From an uncultured virus (IMG/VR IMGVR_UViG_2049941000_000247) (Duplodnaviria > Heunggongvirae > Uroviricota > Caudoviricetes): a stretch of DNA of 45,687 nucleotides. This document shows positions 32,456 to 43,161 of this stretch, in pieces. The stretch is from IMG/VR virus record IMGVR_UViG_2049941000_000247; one strand, written 5' to 3'. Both the position numbers and the translations under genes were made by a program. Below the pieces are notes generated by a model, which searched no databases, was not told the origin of the DNA, and was given only the letters and a program-made list of their open reading frames with translations. Numbering within the stretch: the stretch's first letter is position 1; every line of letters starts with the position of its first letter.

Positions 32456-33521
32456 CCTTTATACCCTCGGTTTCCCGATATTTGATAGGGGAGTAGACTA
32501 TATCTTCACCCAACATCCGTTGGGGCACGGCACTTCCCATCAAGCATTTCATCTTGAAGGTATGAGCTTCATCATCTCATTAAGATGGTATGCTCTAGTC
32601 GTTAGACCTTCCTCTACCTTACGGTAAAGGCTTGGCACCCGGTTAGCATATGTGTGATATGTCAATCTATTCCAGACCAGCGTCGCCTATGGACAATGGA
32701 TGATATGTAAGCAGGAGACGTATTGTATTCTTCGGCAAGCTCCTTCAATGTTGCGCCACCCGCTTTCTTTCTGCGGATAGCTCTAATATCATCTGGCGTA
32801 AATTTAGCACCGTTCGGACGCTCTTTCTGTATACGTGAAAAATTAGCCTTAGCCTCTTCACTCCATTTATACCCAGAGGCAGCTTCTGACGTCATTTTTC
32901 CCCACCTTTTACGGTCGTCTTCTGTCCACGATTCAAATCGCTTACTCTGGGACTGGGACATTCTCTTCTTTGTCTCGTCAGAAAGTTTTCGTCCAGTCAT
33001 ATGCTCACGGTTCTTTTCTCCAATCTTCTTTTTCGTCTCCTCTGACAGATGCTTACCTAAATTGTACCCGACAGAGCCACCGTCATGAAGATTATAGCTC
33101 AGCCCGCTGGTACGATACTCTGCGATATACTTGATTTCAAGATCATCAAGCGTAGCTACATCATCAACAACCTGGATGACCGCAAATTCAAAAGAATCAG
33201 ATCCATACTCATTCCAATCACTTTGTAGTCCGGGATTAGAATGCGTGCCGCTATTAAGCAATGATCTATGGCTATCCCATCTGTCTCCGAAATTCATACT
33301 TGTCTTACCGATGTAACTCATACCAGTTACTTTGTTTGTAATCCTATAGATTCCGAACAGCTTATATACGCTTTCCATTATTACACCTCCATTCATCGTA
33401 GATTATATCACACACTTAGCCTTTCCGCGTTAGCAGCGTCACACATTATGACGCCACACCCTGTATTTACAGGTTCACCGTGTTTATCATCGCACATTAC
33501 TGTGCGAGGCGACTATTACTA
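32456..33521 (-). ncRNA. Group I intron in the RNA polymerase gene
   Basis: P1 GCGAU|UA-GUAA-UAGUCGC with U.G at the splice site. P7 elements TCTAACGACTA and GAAGATATAGTCT. Terminal G 32456. Splicing joins AT|A to give QQNAI-DKAKG. Confidence 0.9.
32662..33378 (-). CDS. Intron-encoded GIY-YIG homing endonuclease with NUMOD3-like repeats and a C-terminal HTH
   Basis: GIYRITN...SYIGKT...RWDSH, GKHLSEETKKKI and GRKLSDETKKRM. RBS GGAGGT before ATG 33378. Confidence 0.92.
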   Translation of the reverse strand: MESVYKLFGIYRITNKVTGMSYIGKTSMNFGDRWDSHRSLLNSGTHSNPGLQSDWNEYGSDSFEFAVIQVVDDVATLDDLEIKYIAEYRTSGLSYNLHDGGSVGYNLGKHLSEETKKKIGEKNREHMTGRKLSDETKKRMSQSQSKRFESWTEDDRKRWGKMTSEAASGYKWSEEAKANFSRIQKERPNGAKFTPDDIRAIRRKKAGGATLKELAEEYNTSPAYISSIVHRRRWSGID

Positions 33522-35431
33522 ATCGCGTTTTGCTGGTACAGCTGCCCACACTGTATCCTGTAAGATAGTATTCTGTATTCTTCCGAGTCAACAGGATACC
33601 CAGCCTGTATCTCAAACATACTGGTGATCCAGTTCGTCGTCTGTCCTATTTCATTTCCGAAGCTCGCAATGTTCGACCTGATACAATCCTCATCTGTCGG
33701 TACACATTTGCCCGCCTTCCGCTGTACGCACATTAAAGCTGGAAGCTCAACCATCTTTGCCACAAGCACTTGATTGTCTGTTAACATGCACAGATCGCCG
33801 TCAAAATCGCATCCGTTGAGCGCCATCGTCGCCGTGTCCCATGAGTTGAATACAGTAGACGCGTTGAGATACCGATACCAATATCTCACGCTGTCATTTC
33901 TGGCCGGACGCACAGAACGGATATTATTGTGGCATGTCATCGGAGCCCTGAAGCAGGCAAGCCTTTCCGCATCTCCGTCGGCCCAATATTCGTTGTAAAT
34001 TTCACCCGCTTTTAGAAGCCCTGTTACCGGAAGACCGAAAATACTCTGGCATAGAAGATACGGATCGCCTGACACGATAGAGTAATTTCCATGTACCTTC
34101 AGCACACCGCGCTTCGCCTCATTGATCCTGTTGCGGATTTGATTATAGATACACCGCTGCACGTACGGATCGTTCATCATATCCGGATCGATCATGATCG
34201 CCTTCACGTAGTCGGAAGGCAGCCTGTCTACGTTGCTCTCATTCAGACCGCACCCATTCAGGAATATGGCAGTCTTTCTCCAGTCACCGCCAAGCACGTC
34301 CTGTATCTCTGACACAGTCGGCTCTATCAATCGGTCGATATCTGAATCGTCCAGTGAGTAGGACTGGATGAACTGATAGTTCAGCCGCCTCTCGTTCTCC
34401 AGCTCTTTCGGAGCAGTTTTGGATACGCCGAATGTGTATCCGTTTGATATGGACTTCTCCAAATAATCCTCGCAGTTCTCGTAGCTGTCCCAGAGCTTAA
34501 CCATCGACGTAGTAAGCACGAGCTCCACGTTTCGAATGTCTACCTCATTACCCCAGGCATCTTTGACGATATACGACCCTGCCACCTTTTCCGCAAAATC
34601 AATAAAGTCGAACGTGAATGCCACGCCTTTTTCAAAAGCAAACCTCGTATTCATCGCGCAAGCTGTATAGTCAAGACACAGCTCTTCGCTCCACCTTACA
34701 GAGAGCGACGGCAGCATGAGACCAAACCCATCTGACGCATTCAGCTTGATCGGATAGTTCTTCTTCAGCTCCATCTCAGGCTCGCCGTCGCCTTCATCAG
34801 TAAGATACACTACGTCTGACAGGAACTCCGTTTCCGCGTCCGGCACAACAAGGACGCCGAGAGGGAAGGATACAGGATTTGACGCGCTGCACGTAAGCGC
34901 CTTATACGCCTCCAGCTTTGCCGGTACAAGCTCCTTCTGCATATCGCGCCCATTGTCGATACGCCGTCTCAGCTCATCCGCAAGACGCTCACTGACAAAA
35001 ACGATCGTGGAATTCTTGATGCCGCCGTTTGTGCCGAGCAGACGTTTATACCGTATACCGTTGATACTGAAACCACGGCAAGCCGTGTAGTAATCCTTTT
35101 TCCTGTCGATGATAAGACACATATAATCCGGCTTGAACTGGAGCTCGTCCAACTCCGCGTACAGCTTCCTGATCTCTCTGATATTTCCGGCGCTGTTCGG
35201 CTCTCCGCGCAATCGTTTGATACGAAAGCGTATATCACGCGCAGCCATGTCCGCGTCTGTGATATTGTTGAGCTCGTCGATCCAACGCAATATCTGACTG
35301 TCCGCTATGGATATGATCTCGTCGTTCCTTCGTGCTTCGCTCAGCGGGAGCGTCAATTTCCACCCTTCTGAGCGCAATCTGGAACTGTGTATCTTAAATA
35401 TGTATTTCTGACAAGTAAGTTGTTTCCCTAT
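33522..35431 (-). CDS. yonO: YonO-type single-subunit (RdRP-like) DNA-dependent RNA polymerase, exon 1
   Basis: Catalytic NGCDFDGD, plus DGFGLM, FRAPMT, LNYQFIQ. Located at the head of the late cluster as in SPbeta. Start probably ATA 35431. Confidence 0.9.
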
Positions 35432-35448
35432 TCAACCACCTTCCCGCA

Positions 35449-35637
35449 TTACTCATACTCTTCGATATACTGAAACCACTGCTCATAAAAATCATGGCGC
35501 TCAGTCTCAATGATCTCATCGATCCGCTCGTCATCCATTTCTCTTTCGATCCCCTCATCTATCGTAAAGTAATATGAACATACCGCGCCCTTTTTGCTTT
35601 TACATTCGTAATAGCACGTCTCGCAGCTCTTACGCAC
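35449..35637 (-). CDS. Small Cys-containing hypothetical protein (62 aa)
   Basis: RBS GGAGGGA, CxxC...C...C pattern, overlaps the stop of the upstream gene. Confidence 0.65.
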   Translation of the reverse strand: MRKSCETCYYECKSKKGAVCSYYFTIDEGIEREMDDERIDEIIETERHDFYEQWFQYIEEYE

Positions 35638-36855
35638 AGGCTATCCCTCCCTCTCTCACGGTATCCATCCAACCGGTGAGCATGGATCTCATCCGTTCGC
35701 TTGGGAGATACAGATATATTTCATTTCCGTCGCGGATAGCGGACCTCCATATCCACTGTACCATCGTAGATAAGGCGTATATGTCTTCATCCACATCCAC
35801 CCCATTGTTCTTATAAAACGTCTTCTGGCCGACGTTCATATAAATATTGACAGCATATACGAGCCTGTCGCATTGTCTGTAATTGTTTGTCGCACGCGCG
35901 TTAAAATTAAGGAACGACCTCGAGTACCCCTTACCGGAAAGAGCTGGGCGGTACTTTTTGTATGTACTCCACAAATTCCTGCGAGACGGTATCGTCCGGC
36001 ACACATTGTTAAAATAATTGCTGATATTTTTCTGCAGACGCACAACATCATTCGGATTTTTATCAAACCATGTTTTTGAAAGATCTGTCCTTTCAGCACC
36101 AATGCCGTTCATGCGTCCATTGTCAAAAATATGGATCTTTTCTTTAAGCCAGTACACGTACTCAGGCGGAGCCGCAGGCGCATCGCAGAACCTATACGTT
36201 CCTCTTCCGTCCCTGGCCACTCCAATATACGTAAATGGGATATCGTGCATCTGAAACATGTTATACAGGCTCTGGCCTTTGAAAAGGTACGTCATGATAT
36301 AGACGTCCTTGAATGAAGTAATAAGGTCTGGCGACATATTCCAATAGAACAGCACCTCTCCGCCATTCTGTACAACCTCGGCAAGGTCTCTCGACCGGAT
36401 CATGGAAAAGAACTCCCTGAGCGCACTGCCGTGATACGTGCCTGACGAGAAGGAATAGATGCCGTCGCTGCACGTCACTCTTCCAGAGTCAACCGCGAGC
36501 GCAAGGTCATCACGATGGATCTTAAAATCATCCAGGTTATCAATATCCTCATCAACGAACAGCGTATACCCATACTCACGGATATCATCCAGCATCTCCG
36601 CCGTGTAGTACTTAAATCCCTGATGTGTGGTCGCGATACTGCGACCCTCTTTTATGAGCGCTGCGGCGTGCGATGTTTTCTTAAAGTCATACTCTCTGAT
36701 CTTATTGCTCGGCTCCACGAGACCCATACCTGGGCAGGCACAGGCGATCCGCTTCGCTTCGTCCAAATACGGGGTGACGTACACGATCCTATCGTTTGGA
36801 TGTTCTCTGAGATATGTGATCGTCGCCTCGCTCTTCCCGCTGCCCATGATGGCGT
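35630..36855 (-). CDS. P-loop SF2 helicase-like protein (start in gap)
   Basis: AIMGSGKS Walker A, LFVDE Walker B, C-terminal QWIWRSAIRDG. Confidence 0.8.
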
Positions 36856-36943
36856 NNNNNNNNNNNNNNNNNNNNNNNNNNNNNNNNNNNNNNNNNNNNN
36901 NNNNNNNNNNNNNNNNNNNNNNNCGAATTCCTGTTACTTTGAT

Positions 36944-37249
36944 CTATGTAATAACCTCCCTTTTTCTATTTTCCTTAAATCGCTCATAAGCGACGCTCTT
37001 CAACAGTTCATACAACTCATCGTCATCCGGAGTGATCACATCGTAGTTAAACGGAAACTGCCTCCGAATGCCCCACTGGCCATCCTGAATGCTGAATACG
37101 GCGACCGTAACACCAACCATCGACTGTTCCATATATCTGTCTGTCAATTCTCCGGCTGTGTCGCCGACGATATCGAACCAATAATCTCCGTATAACGCAT
37201 CAGTCTTCTTGAATATAAAATCCTCGCGTTTCATCATCGCCCCCCTCAC
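36944..37249 (-). CDS. Hypothetical protein (~100 aa)
   Basis: Coupled ORF with plausible composition. Confidence 0.6.
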   Translation of the reverse strand: MRGAMMKREDFIFKKTDALYGDYWFDIVGDTAGELTDRYMEQSMVGVTVAVFSIQDGQWGIRRQFPFNYDVITPDDDELYELLKSVAYERFKENRKREVIT

Positions 37250-37536
37250 CCTTCATAGCTGTCATACGGCCAGCCGGCCGCCTGCTTCCGCTCCATTTCT
37301 TCCAGCCATGCGCGGCCTTCATCTGCCAGCGCGAACCTGTCGTCCTCATCTATATAACCCTCATCCGCCTTGCGGATCGCCTCCTGAAGCTCATGCATGT
37401 CCATCTTCTGTTCGACCTTATTGAGTTTACCGTTCTCGTATACCGTAAACGTCATCAAGGCTTCCACCGCGTTCTCTGGCACATAGATCATCGCGCGTAC
37501 GCTCGTAAGTTCGACCATCACTCTATCTTCGTTCAA
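37246..37536 (-). CDS. Hypothetical protein (96 aa)
   Basis: RBS AAGGAGGT, TTG start. Confidence 0.7.
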   Translation of the reverse strand: MNEDRVMVELTSVRAMIYVPENAVEALMTFTVYENGKLNKVEQKMDMHELQEAIRKADEGYIDEDDRFALADEGRAWLEEMERKQAAGWPYDSYEG

Positions 37537-37549
37537 TCAATCACCTCCT

Positions 37550-38239
37550 TTACATGGCAGCATATTCGGATTCGCCGATGCTGCTGTTGATAAGGTAGTT
37601 ATACTTCACGCTTCCGAGATTCAGCATCTTATACGCGTCCTCTATCTCCTCCTGGGTTATCCCGATATAATCCAGCGTCTGAGCGGGGGAGGAGTGTCCG
37701 AGCATCTTCTGGAGCAGGAGAAGCTTCCTGCTGTCGTTATGGCTCATCAGCATCTGGTGGTAGCAGAACGTCTTCCGAAGCGTATGCGTCGACATCTTGA
37801 TATTAAGATCAAGCTCTTTCCCCCATCCGGATACTATTTTGTGCATCGTCCTGAGACAGAGCGGCTTGTTTCCGGTAAAATCTCGATTGCTTGATATACT
37901 CATGAACATATAGTCGCTCAGGCTCACACCGGGAGTGTTCTCCAAAAACAGCGTGACTGCCTCGATCACAGCGGTATTGATCGTGATGTAACGGTTCTTC
38001 TTCCTCTTTCGCGTATTGCGCGTCTTCTTCTCAAAGACGGGGAAGCTGTCCTTGAACGTCAGGTTGTCATTAATGAGGTTTGAAAACCGAAGCATCCGCA
38101 GATCGCTGGCACGAAGTCCAAAGTTGATACCGACTATGAAGAGCATATTGTCCCTCCACCGCTTATTGTCGATCAGGTACTTTGAGATCCGCATGATGTC
38201 TTCCATCTTCTTGATCGGTTCCGCCGCGTGCTCAGGCGC
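37550..38239 (-). CDS. Tyrosine recombinase/integrase family protein (5' end in gap)
   Basis: Catalytic residues GLRASDL (R), EKKT (K), THTLRKT (HxxR), LGHS (H), TLDYI (Y). Confidence 0.92.
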   Translation of the reverse strand, partial: APEHAAEPIKKMEDIMRISKYLIDNKRWRDNMLFIVGINFGLRASDLRMLRFSNLINDNLTFKDSFPVFEKKTRNTRKRKKNRYITINTAVIEAVTLFLENTPGVSLSDYMFMSISSNRDFTGNKPLCLRTMHKIVSGWGKELDLNIKMSTHTLRKTFCYHQMLMSHNDSRKLLLLQKMLGHSSPAQTLDYIGITQEEIEDAYKMLNLGSVKYNYLINSSIGESEYAAM

Positions 38240-39155
38240 NNNNNNNNNNNNNNNNNNNNNNNNNNNNNNNNNNNNNNNNNNNNNNNNNNNNNNNNNNNNN
38301 NNNNNNNNNNNNNNNNNNNNNNNNNNNNNNNNNNNNNNNNNNNNNNNNNNNNNNNNNNNNNNNNNNNNNNNNNNNNNNNNNNNNNNNNNNNNNNNNNNNN
38401 NNNNNNNNNNNNNNNNNNNNNNNNNNNNNNNNNNNNNNNNNNNNNNNNNNNNNNNNNNNNNNNNNNNNNNNNNNNNNNNNNNNNNNNNNNNNNNNNNNNN
38501 NNNNNNNNNNNNNNNNNNNNNNNNNNNNNNNNNNNNNNNNNNNNNNNNNNNNNNNNNNNNNNNNNNNNNNNNNNNNNNNNNNNNNNNNNNNNNNNNNNNN
38601 NNNNNNNNNNNNNNNNNNNNNNNNNNNNNNNNNNNNNNNNNNNNNNNNNNNNNNNNNNNNNNNNNNNNNNNNNNNNNNNNNNNNNNNNNNNNNNNNNNNN
38701 NNNNNNNNNNNNNNNNNNNNNNNNNNNNNNNNNNNNNNNNNNNNNNNNNNNNNNNNNNNNNNNNNNNNNNNNNNNNNNNNNNNNNNNNNNNNNNNNNNNN
38801 NNNNNNNNNNNNNNNNNNNNNNNNNNNNNNNNNNNNNGTCAATAGTCTTATAAAAAATAAAACAATCTTTTTTGGCACATTTTGAAATCGTTGTTACAAT
38901 GCATCGTTTCTGGCGGGGCTATGGAAGATTCATCGAAGTGAATACAGCTATGCCAGAAGATGTGCTTGATAAAAGATGCAATTGCTATCAGGGGTCTGAA
39001 GGGCTGGGTTGGATGGCTGAAAATGTGGTAAAAACGGGGGATGGGAGATGAAACGACTTACGGCGTTCCTGGCTTTTACCTGGTGGTAAATACCATTACC
39101 ACGGGGCCGGAAGAGTGAAAAGCGGCCACGGAGTGAGCCACGTTCACCACGGGCA

Positions 39156-39209
39156 CCGGCCACCACGGCGGCCGCCCCGGCCACCACGGCGGCCGCCCCG
39201 GCCACCACG
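39156..39209. repeat. 21-bp tandem repeat CCGGCCACCACGGCGGCCGCC, ~2.5 copies
   Basis: Exact copies at 39156-39176 and 39177-39197, partial copy at 39198-39209. Confidence 0.9.
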
Positions 39210-40818
39210 TCCCCGGCCACCGGCATGGATCCATAACGGAACGTAATATTAAGTATTACAAAATGTGATACACGCAGCACTTGACTTTCCCGTCCCATGG
39301 TGGTACACTTGCACCGTGCTTTGATGGAACGGCCACCGGCCACCACCGGCCACGGCTCCGGCTCCGGCCACCGCCCCGGCCGCCGTCATGCGGCACACCG
39401 TACTTTGAAAACGGAATACACCACCGGCAAGGCCACCGTCTTTTTGGTGAAACTGAGTAGCCACGGCCGCCCCNNNNNNNNNNNNNNNNNNNNNNNNNNN
39501 NNNNNNNNNNNNNNNNNNNNNNNNNNNNNNNNNNNNNNNNNNNNNNNNNNNNNNNNNNNNNNNNNNNNNNNNNNNNNNNNNNNNNNNNNNNNNNNNNNNN
39601 NNNNNNNNNNNNNNNNNNNNNNNNNNNNNNNNNNNNNNNNNNNNNNNNNNNNNNNNNNNNNNNNNNNNNNNNNNNNNNNNNNNNNNNNNNNNNNNNNNNN
39701 NNNNNNNNNNNNNNNNNNNNNNNNNNNNNNNNNNNNNNNNNNNNNNNNNNNNNNNNNNNNNNNNNNNNNNNNNNNNNNNNNNNNNNNNNNNNNNNNNNNN
39801 NNNNNNNNNNNNNNNNNNNNNNNNNNNNNNNNNNNNNNNNNNNNNNNNNNNNNNNNNNNNNNNNNNNNNNNNNNNNNNNNNNNNNNNNNNNNNNNNNNNN
39901 NNNNNNNNNNNNNNNNNNNNNNNNNNNNNNNNNNNNNNNNNNNNNNNNNNNNNNNNNNNNNNNNNNNNNNNNNNNNNNNNNNNNNNNNNNNNNNNNNNNN
40001 NNNNGCCGGATTGACGGACGGCGAAAAGGCCACGTTCAAAGTATGCAAAACGCACGTCCGTGCGTGGATTGCGACCGGCGCGTTTGCCCGGCTCCGGATC
40101 AACTATGCCACCGCAGAAAAGTCCATAGACGGAAAGGCGTGGAGCTCAATCCAAAAGCTTGCTGAGCTTGATATGTCCGACATTCTGAANNNNNNNNNNN
40201 NNNNNNNNNNNNNNNNNNNNNNNNNNNNNNNNNNNNNNNNNNNNNNNNNNNNNNNNNNNNNNNNNNNNNNNNNNNNNNNNNNNNNNNNNNNNNNNNNNNN
40301 NNNNNNNNNNNNNNNNNNNNNNNNNNNNNNNNNNNNNNNNNNNNNNNNNNNNNNNNNNNNNNNNNNNNNNNNNNNNNNNNNNNNNNNNNNNNNNNNNNNN
40401 NNNNNNNNNNNNNNNNNNNNNNNNNNNNNNNNNNNNNNNNNNNNNNNNNNNNNNNNNNNNNNNNNNNNNNNNNNNNNNNNNNNNNNNNNNNNNNNNNNNN
40501 NNNNNNNNNNNNNNNNNNNNNNNNNNNNNNNNNNNNNNNNNNNNNNNNNNNNNNNNNNNNNNNNNNNNNNNNNNNNNNNNNNNNNNNNNNNNNNNNNNNN
40601 NNNNNNNNNNNNNNNNNNNNNNNNNNNNNNNNNNNNNNNNNNNNNNNNNNNNNNNNNNNNNNNNNNNNNNNNNNNNNNNNNNNNNNNNNNNNNNNNNNNN
40701 NNNNNNNNNNNNNNNNNNNNNNNNNNNNNNNNNNNNNNNNNNNNNNNNNNNNNNNNNNNNNNNNNNNNNNNNNNNNNNNNNNNNNNNNNNNNNNNNNNNN
40801 NNNGACTGAGGTACATAC

Positions 40819-41019
40819 ATGACCAGAGTGATAGCAAAAGGTATCGGTATGTCAAATGACATTCTTGATAGTATAGTTGCTGACTTCTATGAGTGTATCG
40901 GTACGGAGCCCGTATGCGTTTACAGGATGGGCACATTTTACTTCATCGCGGAAACAGAAGACGGCAACGTGTACACGATAAACTGGAAAAAATCCTGGCG
41001 GCCTGTACGCATGAAATAA
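40819..41019 (+). CDS. Hypothetical early protein (66 aa)
   Basis: RBS GAGGT, ATG, followed by a terminator. Confidence 0.7.
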   Translation: MTRVIAKGIGMSNDILDSIVADFYECIGTEPVCVYRMGTFYFIAETEDGNVYTINWKKSWRPVRMK

Positions 41020-41034
41020 AAATCACTTCAAGCA

Positions 41035-41068
41035 AAGCGCCTGCCTTGTTCGGTGGGCGCTATTTTTA
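41035..41068 (+). terminator. Rho-independent terminator
   Basis: AGCGCCTGCC-TTGTTC-GGTGGGCGCT followed by ATTTTT. Confidence 0.7.
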
Positions 41069-41093
41069 TGCCCAAAAACGAAAGGAGAACAAT

Positions 41094-41255
41094 ATGGAAC
41101 ATGTTCACGAAATGATCGCCGAGATCATGGATGCTATCACCGATCTCCAGGCAGAGCTTTTCCCGCTCATCGACGAGGAAGAGCTTGACGGCGAGATTCT
41201 CGACTATCTCGATGATGCGTATGATTCGCTCTGCGACATCGCTGAGTCCATCTGA
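41094..41255 (+). CDS. Very acidic small protein (53 aa)
   Basis: RBS AAAGGAG. 18 Asp/Glu and no Lys/Arg. Confidence 0.75.
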   Translation: MEHVHEMIAEIMDAITDLQAELFPLIDEEELDGEILDYLDDAYDSLCDIAESI

Positions 41256-42022
41256 CAATTTATTATCAGGAATGNNNNNNNNNNNNNNNNNNNNNNNNNN
41301 NNNNNNNNNNNNNNNNNNNNNNNNNNNNNNNNNNNNNNNNNNNNNNNNNNNNNNNNNNNNNNNNNNNNNNNNNNNNNNNNNNNNNNNNNNNNNNNNNNNN
41401 NNNNNNNNNNNNNNNNNNNNNNNNNNNNNNNNNNNNNNNNNNNNNNNNNNNNNNNNNNNNNNNNNNNNNNNNNNNNNNNNNNNNNNNNNNNNNNNNNNNN
41501 NNNNNNNNNNNNNNNNNNNNNNNNNNNNNNNNNNNNNNNNNNNNNNNNNNNNNNNNNNNNNNNNNNNNNNNNNNNNNNNNNNNNNNNNNNNNNNNNNNNN
41601 NNNNNNNNNNNNNNNNNNNNNNNNNNNNNNNNNNNNNNNNNNNNNNNNNNNNNNNNNNNNNNNNNNNNNNNNNNNNNNNNNNNNNNNNNNNNNNNNNNNN
41701 NNNNNNNNNNNNNNNNNNNNNNNNNNNNNNNNNNNNNNNNNNNNNNNNNNNNNNNNNNNNNNNNNNNNNNNNNNNNNNNNNNNNNNNNNNNNNNNNNNNN
41801 NNNNNNNNNNNNNNNNNNNNNNNNNNNNNNNNNNNNNNNNNNNNNNNNNNNNNNNNNNNNNNNNNNNNNNNNNNNNNNNNNNNNNNNNNNNNNNNNNNNN
41901 NNNNNNNNNNNNNNNNNNNNNNNNNNNNNNNNNNNNNNNNNNNNNNNNNNNNNNNNNNNNNNNNNNNNNNNNNNNNNNNNNNNNNNNNNNNNNNNNNNNN
42001 NNNNNNNNNNNNNNNNNNNNNN

Positions 42023-42287
42023 TTTTTCCGCAAGGTCTGCGAAAAGGTCAGCGATCATCTGGACTTCATCCGGTATCTCTGGCCTGCAAAGTGGGCTTCC
42101 ACGCGTTTCAAGTTCCTGAATTTCCTGAGTGCCAATCATCTCATGACAGGCGTGAACGCTGTAAACGGCGCGGTTTGGCGACTCATGTCACATAGCAATA
42201 TCTATGAGAGTTCGGTGGCCGTAGGCGACACGCTCACGCCAGAGCAGATGGATCGGGTTTTGCATCTCATCTGCAAAGATATCGACT
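42023..42287 (+). CDS. 'DHLxxIRYLWP' family paralog 1 (partial, gaps at both ends)
   Basis: FFRKVCEKVSDHLDFIRYLWPAKWASTRFKFLNFLSA...EQMDRVLHLICKDID aligns with the 44418 and 45103 ORFs. Confidence 0.75.
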
Positions 42288-42316
42288 NNNNNNNNNNGTT
42301 TCTAAGGAGGGGTTCT

Positions 42317-42529
42317 ATGTCAACAATAAACTGCAAGCCACGGGTTTTCGACGTTCATTCGACCGTCGTGGAATCCGGGGAATCTTTCGCGGTTTCCCCC
42401 TACATCGAGAGGGAAGCAGTGGTTTTTGACCTTGGCGGGGTTTCCTATGCCGAGGTTGACCTGCCTGAGTACGGGGTTTCCGCCCTGTTTTACGGCGGGG
42501 AATTCGCGGATCAGTTCCGCGAGGTATGA
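42317..42529 (+). CDS. Hypothetical protein (70 aa)
   Basis: RBS AAGGAGG, ATG 42317. Confidence 0.7.
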   Translation: MSTINCKPRVFDVHSTVVESGESFAVSPYIEREAVVFDLGGVSYAEVDLPEYGVSALFYGGEFADQFREV

Positions 42530-42795
42530 CCATGACGTTTCATGGCTTTCAATCTATAGCTGAATACGAAACAGCCTGTCTTTCCGTCGGGTTTCGTACA
42601 TCCCGTGTTTTATACGACGGACCTGAGCAGGCTTTTCTGCTTAGCACATGTAATCCTGGGAAATCTGAACACGGCGTAGATACGTGGCATTTGTTTTCCC
42701 TGGATGAATCCCACGAGATAATCGAGGGCGGCGGTATTTTTAACGGTATAGACGAGAAACGAATCGAGTCTGCTGGGTTTACGAAAAAGGAGTGA
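42526..42795 (+). CDS. Hypothetical protein (~89 aa)
   Basis: ATGA-coupled, GAGGT upstream. Confidence 0.65.
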   Translation: MTMTFHGFQSIAEYETACLSVGFRTSRVLYDGPEQAFLLSTCNPGKSEHGVDTWHLFSLDESHEIIEGGGIFNGIDEKRIESAGFTKKE

Positions 42796-43161
42796 TCGCA
42801 TGCGTGAGCGTATCATAATCACCGTGGCAAGAACATCGCGCCCGGCAATGCCGGGTTTTACCCGCGCCACGGTGTGGTAATTGACCGGGAAATCGATGAC
42901 GAAATCGTCGTTGTCGTGGAAGACGACGCGGGTTTTCTGTGGGCTTTCTGCGCCGAGGACGTGTTTGTCGGNNNNNNNNNNAATCGCGACCGAGCCGGTC
43001 GGGTATGATAACTGCGACACGGTCACGGTAAAGACCGACGACCGTGGTCTGGTTTCCTTCGTCGGCTACGGCTACGAAGGTGGTGAACGGGTTATCCTGT
43101 TCATGTACAGGAACGGCACATACGACCGTTCCGACGACACGGTGTCAGGTGTATGGGTGCG

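Noticed and set aside
33497..35377. RNA-dependent RNA polymerase or reverse transcriptase (DGR/retron) interpretation
   Set aside because: DFDGD motif and late-cluster context fit YonO, a DNA-dependent enzyme. No YxDD RT motif or TR/VR pair seen.
37550..38239. Attachment site or prophage boundary next to the recombinase
   Set aside because: Phage-like genes lie on both sides and no att repeat or host gene is visible; the enzyme may be a resolvase rather than the integrase.
39121..39473. CRISPR array
   Set aside because: Repeats are directly tandem with no unique spacers, and no cas genes are present.
42800..42971. Possible frameshifted gene: the ATG at 42800 stops after 26 codons while the -1 frame looks protein-like (…EDDAGFLWAFCAEDVF)
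   Set aside because: Adjacent to a gap in a low-quality scaffold; cannot distinguish pseudogene from sequencing error.
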